A stretch of DNA of 64,000 nt from Sulfolobales archaeon HS-7 (GTDB taxonomy: Archaea; Thermoproteota; Thermoprotei_A; Sulfolobales; Sulfolobaceae), in assembly GCA_019704295.1 (NCBI GenBank), contig AP024596.1:864001-928000 (forward strand), read 5' to 3'. Positions 55,220 to 64,000 of the stretch are shown one piece after another. Numbering within the stretch: position 1 is the first letter of the stretch; each line of letters begins with the position of its first letter. The position numbers were made by a program, and so were the translations under genes. A model generated the notes under the pieces. That model saw only the letters and a list, made by a program, of their open reading frames with translations. It was not told the DNA's origin and ran no database searches.

Positions 55220-55707
55220 TACTTACCCCCCTGCTGTGCGCCTCCAGGCTGGGCTGCTCTCTTCTTGGAGACTCCAACAGTTCCGCCGGAACGTCCAGTA
55301 GTCCTTGTTCTTTGACCTCTAACTTTTAATCCTAAGGAGTGTCTAACCCCTTTCCAACTTCTTATTTTCTTTTCCCTCTCGATATCTCTTTTGGCATAAA
55401 ATATTAATTCAGACGTAACTAAGTGAATGTCCGCTCCTTCTTCATAATCTTTTCTTCTATTTAAAATCCACGAGGGTATTTTTTCAATTTTCTTTGAAGT
55501 TATGATATTTTCAATTTTCTTTAGCTCACCTTCAGTTAATTCACCTAGTCGTTTATTGGCATCGATGTTTAGTATATAACATAACGCCTTTGCTGTATTA
55601 TATCCTATACCCTTTATTGATAGTAAAGCATAAGGAACTTTCTCATTACCTGATATGTCAACACCAGCTATCCTTATTATATGCCTGAACTCTTCTCTCG
55701 TACTCAT
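55219..55707 (-). CDS. rps13: 30S ribosomal protein S13
   Basis: [19 protein letters not shown]. Confidence 0.98.
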   Translation of the reverse strand: MSTREEFRHIIRIAGVDISGNEKVPYALLSIKGIGYNTAKALCYILNIDANKRLGELTEGELKKIENIITSKKIEKIPSWILNRRKDYEEGADIHLVTSELIFYAKRDIEREKKIRSWKGVRHSLGLKVRGQRTRTTGRSGGTVGVSKKRAAQPGGAQQGGK

Positions 55708-55745
55708 TATTTACTCAAAACTACATAACATAACATATTTTTAAA

Positions 55746-57035
55746 TTAGTCGTTAAAATGGGAAAGGGATTTCAACACATTATCTATTTTTTTCTTTACT
55801 ATATTCCATGCAATTTTAGACCTGTAATCAATTTCCTCCTCGGTAAACTTGCTACTAAAACCAATAGCTTTCTTAACTGGAGTATAGGGCGATTCCCTAA
55901 ATTTCACCGGTTCTGGCTTAAGTTGATCTTCATCCTTAACTAGAAGCGGAGCGTTATTCCTCGATACGTAACCAATTTCTTTAGCCTCTATTCCATTGCC
56001 CTTTAAGATTTCGATTATCTCTTCTGCCCTATTCGTAAATATTAATATCGAGTCTATTGAAATGCCTAGAGGATCTATTTCATTATTAAGGAGTAATTTG
56101 AGGATATCACTATCTATAACTTTTATAAAATCGTCTCTATTAATAACAATGGAATTCCCTGTTATTTTAAAAATTTCATTAGCATCCCCTCGAATACCGC
56201 CGTTAGTCACATCAGTCATAGAATCAACTAGTTCGGTACCTTCCTCAATCGCTACCCTGCAAGCTTTCAAATCATCTAGGTTTAGTGTTTTTTCAACTAG
56301 CTCTGGTGCACCATAGTAAATAGCTATAGTAGATATGGTTCCTCCACCAAGGCCTTTAGTAGCGACTATTTTCATCCCACTCTTTATATTTTGTCGTGAG
56401 AAAAACTTCTTACCTATTTTTCCTACAGCCCCGACGCCTCCAGTGATTCTTTCTCCAATTACAAGATCTCCTCCTATGCGTAACGTACTTCCTCCTAGAA
56501 TTGGAACGCCAGTTGCTAACGACACAGTTATTACCCCCCCTTCGAAATCATAAAGCATTCCGATATCACTATCGTCAGACAGATGTATGTCTACTAAAAG
56601 TCCTAAGGGCTTGCCTCCTTTAACCATAATATCCCTTAATGTAGCCCTTGTCACATGGAATCCCGCAATAAATGGAAAATAGCTTAGCCTTGAGTGCATT
56701 CCATCTATTGATGCTATAATATCGTTGTTTACTCCCGCATCGTCAAAATAATTCTTACTGCTTACATATATTGAGTGAATTATGAAGTCTCCTAATCCTC
56801 TTGATCCTAAGCCCCCCTGACCAGCTGTAATTCCAGTTATAGGGTAACTGAGAATAGGCTCTCTACTTGCCTCTAAAGATCTGTGAGCTTCCTTTACTAT
56901 CTCTTTACTAACTCCTTCATTAATATTATTATTATTTCCTTTATAAAAATCCAGGGCATTTTTAATCTTATGTTCAACTATATCATCCTTAAATCCCCTT
57001 AAGATAAGCTTTCGCGTATAGCCCTCTAGATCCAT
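55746..57035 (-). CDS. AIR-synthase/PurM-superfamily protein (HypE/SelD-related archaeal family)
   Basis: MDLEGY N-terminus, GLGSRGLGDF, DGMHSRLS, MTDVTNGGIRGD, FRESPYTPVKK. Confidence 0.8.
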   Translation of the reverse strand: MDLEGYTRKLILRGFKDDIVEHKIKNALDFYKGNNNNINEGVSKEIVKEAHRSLEASREPILSYPITGITAGQGGLGSRGLGDFIIHSIYVSSKNYFDDAGVNNDIIASIDGMHSRLSYFPFIAGFHVTRATLRDIMVKGGKPLGLLVDIHLSDDSDIGMLYDFEGGVITVSLATGVPILGGSTLRIGGDLVIGERITGGVGAVGKIGKKFFSRQNIKSGMKIVATKGLGGGTISTIAIYYGAPELVEKTLNLDDLKACRVAIEEGTELVDSMTDVTNGGIRGDANEIFKITGNSIVINRDDFIKVIDSDILKLLLNNEIDPLGISIDSILIFTNRAEEIIEILKGNGIEAKEIGYVSRNNAPLLVKDEDQLKPEPVKFRESPYTPVKKAIGFSSKFTEEEIDYRSKIAWNIVKKKIDNVLKSLSHFND

Positions 57036-57137
57036 AGAGTTACTTACAGGAAGGTATAAATAAGCCTCTCGGAGTCTTCATTTCAATATTACGCTTATAG
57101 CGAACTATATAAAAACATAGCTTTTCACACTAGATTT

Positions 57138-58064
57138 CTAGTTACCAACGCGTATTTCATTTATAGCATTTCTTAAATCATTAATATCAATATCCTTTAC
57201 CCCGTAAATTCCTGTCAGAGCGTTAATTATTTCTAAATATCTAACCTCTATAACATTTTTTGGTGGTAATACTGAGGAAAGAGCGAGTTCAGTTATTCCA
57301 GCGTACCCAGGAATAGGTATAAATGACGCCACTTGATAAAGCTGATTAGCAAGTAGTGCAGTTAAATAATGATTGGTATATATGATGAAAGGTATTGCCA
57401 CAATTAGGTATCCAATAGTTGTAAGGATTATACCTATTAAAACCATTTCTTTATAAACAGATATTTTTTTGAAATCACCTTTAAATTCAGAATAGAACCG
57501 GTTCAAGTCGATATTAATTGGTAATTTACTTAATAAAAAAGCCTCAACTCTATTGATTCTACTCGATAAGTGGAAGTACCCAACTAGCGCAATCCAAAAT
57601 ATTAGATTAGCTAATGCTATGAGAAAGAATATTACTGTGCCGACGTTTAAAAACACTAAAAATAAAAAAATATATAATCCATTTCCTGCTATGCCATCAA
57701 AAAAGGCCTCAATTAAAGACGACGCAAAAGACTCATGTACTTTAGCTCCCTTTCTTTGGTAATAAAGGGCTCGGGTTAGGTCACCTCCTACTGTGCCAGG
57801 AATAATAAATCCAATGAAATTGGAGGCAACTCTAGCTCTGAAAGCATACAGACGTGATATTTTAATTTTAGATATGCGCTTTACAATGTAACTATCCCTT
57901 ATTGATAAAACGTAACATTGTAACATGTAAGCTCCAATAAAGTAAGCATATTCCTCAGGCTTTACACTTTCTAAAGCATTGATCAGACTAACATGAGTGA
58001 TAAGAGAGTATACGTATAGGATTAGCGGAATTAATACTATTACAACTATCGTCTTCTTATCCAC
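57138..58064 (-). CDS. Lysylphosphatidylglycerol-synthase-TM/flippase-like membrane protein
   Basis: F.G.IIPG.VGGD..R, EAFFD, PIPGYAGITE. Confidence 0.75.
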   Translation of the reverse strand: MDKKTIVVIVLIPLILYVYSLITHVSLINALESVKPEEYAYFIGAYMLQCYVLSIRDSYIVKRISKIKISRLYAFRARVASNFIGFIIPGTVGGDLTRALYYQRKGAKVHESFASSLIEAFFDGIAGNGLYIFLFLVFLNVGTVIFFLIALANLIFWIALVGYFHLSSRINRVEAFLLSKLPINIDLNRFYSEFKGDFKKISVYKEMVLIGIILTTIGYLIVAIPFIIYTNHYLTALLANQLYQVASFIPIPGYAGITELALSSVLPPKNVIEVRYLEIINALTGIYGVKDIDINDLRNAINEIRVGN

Positions 58065-58160
58065 GTTTACAATTTACCAATTACCTGATTTTTAAGCTAT
58101 TTGTTCTTGGAGGGAAGGTGATTTTACGTTAAAATAATAATACAATTGATATCTTATTTA

Positions 58161-59372
58161 CTAGCTAAATATATCTGTGAAGCTTAGTAGTTCCAATTGA
58201 GATGGTTTCTCAGCAATACCACCTACCCTAGCACCTATAATTAGTCTTACGTTTTTCATAACCGCAAGGTCTACTAAACGTTGCGTAACGACGCCGTCAA
58301 ATATGATATATGCTACCTTGCTATCTTGATAGGATTCAAGTTTTGAGATGATTTCCCTTACTTGCAGTTTTTCTATTGGTTCCCACGCGTCATTGTAAAA
58401 TATTCCCTCCAAAGTTCCTGGTAACTTCTTTATTTCCTCAATTACTGGTTGAGGTAATCTCACCAGTTCCACTACAGTATGTGTTTCAACTTTAGGTATT
58501 GCTTGTGCTACTACTTGAGCTTGAATAACTTCTGCTTCCCTTTTCTCAGTCTCAATCTTCTTTATATATGCTGCTAATGGAATAGCATTTGCTAGGGATT
58601 TTGATATCTCTTTACCTGTGAGCTCCTCTACTTCTCTTCCTGTGGGGGCGCGCGCGACATAGTCTACTTTTACATCGGCGTCAATAAGTTCCCTTAATAT
58701 CATCTCTCCGCCTCTATCACCATCCGTAAAGGCTATTACCATCTTCTTTTGCTTAGATAATTTTACCAGACTTTTAGGGATTTTGCCCGTAGCTCCACCA
58801 ACGGCTACTGTATTTTTATATCCATATCTAAGTAGATTTATGATGTCCGCTCTCCCCTCTACAATTATTAAGTTTGGATCCTTCTCGACATCCGGTCCAG
58901 CAGGTAGCCTATCTGGTCCCCATTCGGTTATCTCTCCTGTTTTTACTGCGTTAGAGATATCATTTATTACCTCTCTGATATCAATGGTTTTGCTTTTCCA
59001 ATTGGAGAGAATGTCTACGGCCCTTTCCTTAATCTTTTTTAGTTTTTCTTCTCTTATATCTTCTATTTCAACTAGTTGAAATTTTGCGTTGTAAGGACCA
59101 ACTTTATCAACGTTCTCAATCATTGCAGCAATTAACGAAGTCTCAACTCGATCTAGATTAGAGGGGACTACCATTTCTCCAATGGTTTTATTATGTGATT
59201 GCTGTTCTCTCGTTTCCACTATAATTCTTCCTATTCTACCCTTATCTTGTAGTTCCCTTAAATCAAAGTCTTCACCAAATAGGTTTTCTGTTTGACCAAA
59301 TATCGCTCCTATTATATCTGGCTTATCTACTTTTCCTTCTATCTCGAATTTCACCTTTATATTATATTTCAT
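58161..59372 (-). CDS. dnaG: Archaeal DnaG (exosome-associated TOPRIM protein)
   Basis: DIIGAIFGQTE, VEGRAD, DGDRGG, FDGVVTQRL. Confidence 0.97.
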   Translation of the reverse strand: MKYNIKVKFEIEGKVDKPDIIGAIFGQTENLFGEDFDLRELQDKGRIGRIIVETREQQSHNKTIGEMVVPSNLDRVETSLIAAMIENVDKVGPYNAKFQLVEIEDIREEKLKKIKERAVDILSNWKSKTIDIREVINDISNAVKTGEITEWGPDRLPAGPDVEKDPNLIIVEGRADIINLLRYGYKNTVAVGGATGKIPKSLVKLSKQKKMVIAFTDGDRGGEMILRELIDADVKVDYVARAPTGREVEELTGKEISKSLANAIPLAAYIKKIETEKREAEVIQAQVVAQAIPKVETHTVVELVRLPQPVIEEIKKLPGTLEGIFYNDAWEPIEKLQVREIISKLESYQDSKVAYIIFDGVVTQRLVDLAVMKNVRLIIGARVGGIAEKPSQLELLSFTDIFS

Positions 59373-59378
59373 GTGTAA

Positions 59379-60446
59379 TCACCTACTGATATTCTCTGAT
59401 ATTCCCGACACGAGCTCTTTTACACCTGACTCTTTCTCTAACCTATCCCTTATAGGTTTTATAATCTCAATCAAAGTATTGACAGTACTCCTCTTTAAAT
59501 CCAACGGGTGAAGATCACCATTGGAATATAGTTTCTCTAACTCAGTGTATGATGCTATTTCTATATCTCCACCGTATTTCATTGGCCTTTCAATCACTAT
59601 TCGCCCCTTAATAGGCAGAACGATGTATCTGTTTATATCTACTATTGGATTCCCCTCAATTTCTTTTGGCGGACAGTAAGCACTCATGATTTTTTTATTA
59701 ATCTCATCGTCAGTATCATGAAGAAATACTGCATTCTCTGGTTTTGATTTACTCATCTTTAGTTCCGCTAACTTTTCGTCGTCTACAGTTTCCATTCTCT
59801 CGCCTCCTTTTAAGCCTACAAGTAAAGGAGTATGTACGGCTATGACCTTCTTTCTATGGAATTTCTCAGCTATTTCCCTTGCTAATATATGGGCCTTGCG
59901 TTGATCTAACCCTCCTAGTGCTATGTCGAGATCCATATAGAATATATCAGCTACCTGCATAGCAGGATATATCAACTTTGAGGCATCTATTTCTGATTCT
60001 TCTGCTTTCCTTCCCATGATAGTCATAGCCCTTTTCATCCTAGCTAAAGAGGTGTTCTTTGAAACCTTTATTACTGTAGCCCAGTATTCTTTCTGTGAGA
60101 CTAATTCTTCAGCATCTACGTATTCAACATTACTAACCCCCAGTAAACTTAATACATATTCTGTATATTTAGCTACTCTCTTAATTTTTTCTAAGTCACC
60201 CTTCATTTTATCATTAATCCAAGCGTGCCACGTTCCTTCCAATATTTTCATCTTTATACCAGCCTCGGTCAAATCCCTTACCTTTAAGGCCCATATTACC
60301 CAGCCTAAATGGAACAGACCGCTGGGTTCAAAGCCGATATAACCCGTCAATTTTCTTTCTGATAAGAGAGCCTCTCTTAGCTCATCTTCTGATATTATTT
60401 CGATCGTGTTACGAGAGATGAGCGTAAATTTGTCGATATTTTGCAT
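59379..60446 (-). CDS. tyrS: Tyrosine--tRNA ligase
   Basis: YIGFEPSG.FHLG, YPAMQVAD, GGLDQRKAH, KMSKS. Confidence 0.98.
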   Translation of the reverse strand: MQNIDKFTLISRNTIEIISEDELREALLSERKLTGYIGFEPSGLFHLGWVIWALKVRDLTEAGIKMKILEGTWHAWINDKMKGDLEKIKRVAKYTEYVLSLLGVSNVEYVDAEELVSQKEYWATVIKVSKNTSLARMKRAMTIMGRKAEESEIDASKLIYPAMQVADIFYMDLDIALGGLDQRKAHILAREIAEKFHRKKVIAVHTPLLVGLKGGERMETVDDEKLAELKMSKSKPENAVFLHDTDDEINKKIMSAYCPPKEIEGNPIVDINRYIVLPIKGRIVIERPMKYGGDIEIASYTELEKLYSNGDLHPLDLKRSTVNTLIEIIKPIRDRLEKESGVKELVSGISENISR

Positions 60447-60916
60447 ATGCTGTTATCATCGTTTCTAATTAAAAAACTATGATAACTACTAAAGCTGGAG
60501 AGTATAATATTAAGAAAACCGAAATCTGAAATTAATACACTTTCCTGGCCTTTATCTCAAATCTATAGTTGTTCTTAAGACTTTGGTTATAAAAATGAGG
60601 AAGGTCTACAGTTTCTTAATACGATTTGCATTAGGTGTCAAAAATATGAAAAAATTTAGAACTAATTAAATCATTAATATTTAATATTATTATAAATTAA
60701 TAGATATATAAATTCTTTGGATAAAATTAATATTACTAGGACTTTCTAGTCCCTAAGTGAATTGAACACTAAAATATTTCCGAAATCTTACTGTAAAAAC
60801 CCACTAATAAATCGTTAAGAAACTTATCTATTTAAGTATAATATAGAAGGTTAATCGTAATCAAGGCAAGCTAATGTTTTAATAAAAGTTATAAGTTATG
60901 ACAATATCCTTAACAT

Positions 60917-63562
60917 GTGAAGTTGGAATATCTTGTAGTCTTCCTTTTGCTTTCAACACTATTTATGATAACTAGTTTTCCCGTAGCGGACAGCGCAACT
61001 TCCGTCCCGGTTGGAATAGCTTCAACGGGTTCGTATTCATGGGGAGGTGAATACACAGTAAATACCTCTTTAGTATCGGGCTATAATTTAATTCAAACTA
61101 TTGATGATGAGGGTAATGCAACGCTTCAACTTAATGCTATTCTAGTGGTTAATACAGTTTCCAGCACGCAAACGTTCCTTTTACAGAATGAAATACGATT
61201 CAAGGGAGAGTATTTTCAGGACGTCGATAGAGTGATAAATATAACTTCAGGGTCCAACTATATAAGAGCTGTAGGCAAAGGTTCAATAAAAGGAAACGTT
61301 TATTGTTATAAGGGAATAAAAGGGGTAATTTCTCTACCTCTTCTATCTGTTATTAATATCTCGATAGGTAAGGTAAACGGGAATATATTAATTCAGTTCA
61401 ACAACAGTAATATAGGAGGAATTCTAGATCAAGTAAGACTACAAATTTCATCCCTTTCATCATATATATATGTAAATGATAGTAGAACTCCATCCGGATA
61501 TTACTACGACGTAGAAATGGTATGGGGTGGTACAGGGGGTGCCATTATCAATTTTTTAGATCTTAATGATACGATGGCATTGTATTATCTTAATAGGGGT
61601 GTCTTAATAGCATTTCCGTCTGTTATAAATTACGGTCTGAATACATTAGATAGAGCAATAGGATTAGGAGTATCTTTACTAGGTAACGGAAACGCTGACG
61701 TAACTACATCGTCTTCCTATACGCCTGGTTATCTTACGAATTGTTTCATGCCCTCCGGTCCAGGTTTTGAGATAGTGAGGGTTGTAAATAGCGAACAATA
61801 CTATGTAAATGGGAAGACGTTTAGCGGTAATAACACTTTCGCATTCTCTTCTCCATTTCTGTTAAACGTTAGTATTAGTAAAACTGTTAGGGATTACACA
61901 CTCTATACTTATTATTTAAAAGTATTTTACTTAAATAATAAAACATATAATCTCTTTCCTGGTAACTCGTCTTTTACATATATTCCTTTTCTAAGAGAGA
62001 TAGTCTATACGGTAAATGAGACCCTTTACTATGTCAGGACACCTACTCCTCTCCTGGGTTATATTAACGGTATTTTACGGAATATAACTTCTGGCTTTTA
62101 CTTGAAAGGGACTAATATAACATTTATTCCTGAACAGGTGAGAAACCTAACTTATGATGAGAGAGTAGCGTTAATCCCAATCCCTTCATCATTGATTTTA
62201 ACTAGTCCCGTTAACGTTACAGTCGGAAGTGAGCTACAATATTACATTGAAGTGATTTCGCCTATCCCCTTATACGCAATTTATAATGGAAATAACATTA
62301 GTCTGATTAGTGGATGGTATAATAACGGTTCAGTTTTAACTATTCAGAATATATCTTACTATGTCACGAGTAATGAAAGGTACGTCATCTCGAGAGTCCT
62401 ACCAACAACTTCCTTTAGTGTTGAAGCACCATTGGTGGTAAACATATCAGTTGTTAAGCAGGTTTTCGTAAGGTTCTTGCCATACAAATACATTCAAGCT
62501 AAAGTTAATGGCGAACTTGAGAATATTTCTAATGGGTGGTATAATTTAGACACAACCATAGTTATAGACCCAGGTATTTATACGTTTAATGCAACTAGGG
62601 TTATTGTAAATTCTACCGTTGATATTTTAATACAACGACCCATTAATATTACTATACCCGAAAAGGTGTTATTCAAGGTCACGTTTCAGTATCCATTAAA
62701 TGTGTTGTATAATGGTACCGAAATCAAAGCTGATTCCCTATGGGTTTACAACGATTCTACAGTAACTATAGAGAAAGGATACGTAAGTTTAGGAAATGGT
62801 GAAAGAATCTATGTATTAACACCTCTTCAATTAGTTGTCACTTCACCGTTGACACCTAAGATAAAATTCGTCATTCAGTATTATGTAAACGTTTCAAAAC
62901 AAATACCCGCATATATTAATGGTACTTTAGGTACACTCGTTTCGGGGTGGTATAATAGTAATACTACGATAAATATAGTTAATATCTCGTTAATAGCTAA
63001 CGACATTAGGGAAGTAGTAATAGCATACCCATCATACTTTTTAGTGAATAAACCTATCTTAGTTATTGTCTCGGTAACTTATCAGGATTATGTTAATGTA
63101 AGCTCTGAAATTAAGCCATATGCTATTATTAATGGTAATGAAACTGTATTCAAGTCAGGGTGGTATAATAATAATACTATTGTAAGAATACTGTCGTATA
63201 CTTCGTACTCGTCTGAGTATAAACCAAACCCGATGCTTGTTATAATAACTCACCCTGCAAATATTATTGTCAACTGGAATATTTATTATTCCGTAACGAT
63301 AAATAATGTTACACAGTGGTATGAAAACGGGACTGTGCTGAGAGTCGCCTTACATCTACCCTTCTATGAAAGAGCAGAGCTAATTGGAACGGAAAACGTT
63401 TCTGTTGAGAAAAGTCTCCTTGTGAACCAGCCACTGATCGAGCACGTTAGAATTTTTATCGACTATAACTCCTTTATATTTCCAACGCTTTTAGTGATAC
63501 TCGCTCTAATACTTTCACTATTCGCCAAGAGAGCTAAGGAATTCTATGAGGCGCAACAGTAA
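60917..63562 (+). CDS. Thermopsin-like (peptidase A5) surface protein with repeated (S/N)GWY domains and a C-terminal TM anchor
   Basis: Signal peptide, PVGIA, TLQLNA, LQN, DVEMVWGG; about seven ~70-aa repeats; many NxS/T sequons. Confidence 0.8.
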   Translation: MKLEYLVVFLLLSTLFMITSFPVADSATSVPVGIASTGSYSWGGEYTVNTSLVSGYNLIQTIDDEGNATLQLNAILVVNTVSSTQTFLLQNEIRFKGEYFQDVDRVINITSGSNYIRAVGKGSIKGNVYCYKGIKGVISLPLLSVINISIGKVNGNILIQFNNSNIGGILDQVRLQISSLSSYIYVNDSRTPSGYYYDVEMVWGGTGGAIINFLDLNDTMALYYLNRGVLIAFPSVINYGLNTLDRAIGLGVSLLGNGNADVTTSSSYTPGYLTNCFMPSGPGFEIVRVVNSEQYYVNGKTFSGNNTFAFSSPFLLNVSISKTVRDYTLYTYYLKVFYLNNKTYNLFPGNSSFTYIPFLREIVYTVNETLYYVRTPTPLLGYINGILRNITSGFYLKGTNITFIPEQVRNLTYDERVALIPIPSSLILTSPVNVTVGSELQYYIEVISPIPLYAIYNGNNISLISGWYNNGSVLTIQNISYYVTSNERYVISRVLPTTSFSVEAPLVVNISVVKQVFVRFLPYKYIQAKVNGELENISNGWYNLDTTIVIDPGIYTFNATRVIVNSTVDILIQRPINITIPEKVLFKVTFQYPLNVLYNGTEIKADSLWVYNDSTVTIEKGYVSLGNGERIYVLTPLQLVVTSPLTPKIKFVIQYYVNVSKQIPAYINGTLGTLVSGWYNSNTTINIVNISLIANDIREVVIAYPSYFLVNKPILVIVSVTYQDYVNVSSEIKPYAIINGNETVFKSGWYNNNTIVRILSYTSYSSEYKPNPMLVIITHPANIIVNWNIYYSVTINNVTQWYENGTVLRVALHLPFYERAELIGTENVSVEKSLLVNQPLIEHVRIFIDYNSFIFPTLLVILALILSLFAKRAKEFYEAQQ

Positions 63563-63571
63563 AACTATTTC

Positions 63572-64000
63572 CTATTTAACAATTTTATTTTGACTAACTC
63601 TCACAGAGCTTTCTATTGCAGCTACAGCCTCCATTATGATTTTAGAACCTAAAATCGAGGTAATATTCGAAGTATCTACGATTGGGGATATTTCAACAAT
63701 ATCCATTCCAATTACTTTTTCAGTTATTATATATTGAAGTATGTCGAGTAATTCGGGCGTAGATAAACCGTCAGGTTCAGGTGTCTGGGCACCTGGAGCA
63801 TACGCTGGATCTAAAACGTCTATATCAAACGATACGTAAATATTTTTACAAGTATTCTCAAACTCTCTTACTCTCTTAGCCACGTCTCTTATTCCTAACC
63901 TCCTTATTTCATAAGATGTAACGAAATCTATGCCATTGTTTCTTGCATATTGAACTTCCTCCCTAGTAACAGCTCTAGTACCTATTTCCATTATTTTTAC
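63572..64000 (-). CDS. speB: Agmatinase (arginase family), 5' end lies outside the window
   Basis: SFDIDVLDPAYAPG..TPEP.GL, DIVEISP; frame open to the window edge. Confidence 0.88.
   Translation of the reverse strand, partial: VKIMEIGTRAVTREEVQYARNNGIDFVTSYEIRRLGIRDVAKRVREFENTCKNIYVSFDIDVLDPAYAPGAQTPEPDGLSTPELLDILQYIITEKVIGMDIVEISPIVDTSNITSILGSKIIMEAVAAIESSVRVSQNKIVK

Noticed and set aside
60450-60915. Very AT-rich spacer considered as a replication origin
   Set aside because: No ORB-like repeats and no adjacent cdc6/whiP; consistent with divergent promoters

Overview
Core-genome window from a Sulfolobales (Thermoproteota) archaeon; AT-rich, mostly minus-strand housekeeping genes. In order: PINA ATPase (partial), pdxT/pdxS, rps26e, proS, A-type ATP synthase (atpFEABDGK plus divergent atpI), metG, priL, archaetidylinositol-phosphate synthase, aKMT lysine methyltransferase, PolB1, a Pho84-like MFS transporter, sucCD, DUF47, a proteasome beta subunit, a FAD/Fe-S protein, a divergent inositol-phosphate synthase, the complex-I-like nuo operon (no nuoB/E/F/G; NuoM-L fused), gltX, aglH, gds, fni, the rps13-rps2/rpoD/rpoN cluster, dnaG, tyrS, a thermopsin-like surface protein and agmatinase (partial). 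Features missing from the ORF track: three intronless tRNAs (Arg-UCG, Asn-GUU, Pro-UGG), two box C/D sRNAs, a 50-aa ATP synthase subunit G, one IS982-like pseudo-element with two internally deleted relatives, and several decayed IS relics. No CRISPR, provirus or defence island. I did not find a clearly novel multi-gene system. The best leads are: (1) sucD has no ATG/GTG/TTG ahead of its CoA-binding motif and appears to start at an SD-preceded ACG inside sucC; (2) a C/D sRNA predicted to methylate wobble C34 of tRNA-Val(CAC); (3) a catalytically diverged Ino1 paralogue directly after nuoN, with a FAD/Fe-S gene further downstream; (4) a repeated-heptamer operator array upstream of the phosphate transporter. 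All protein family calls come from motif recognition, not database searches.
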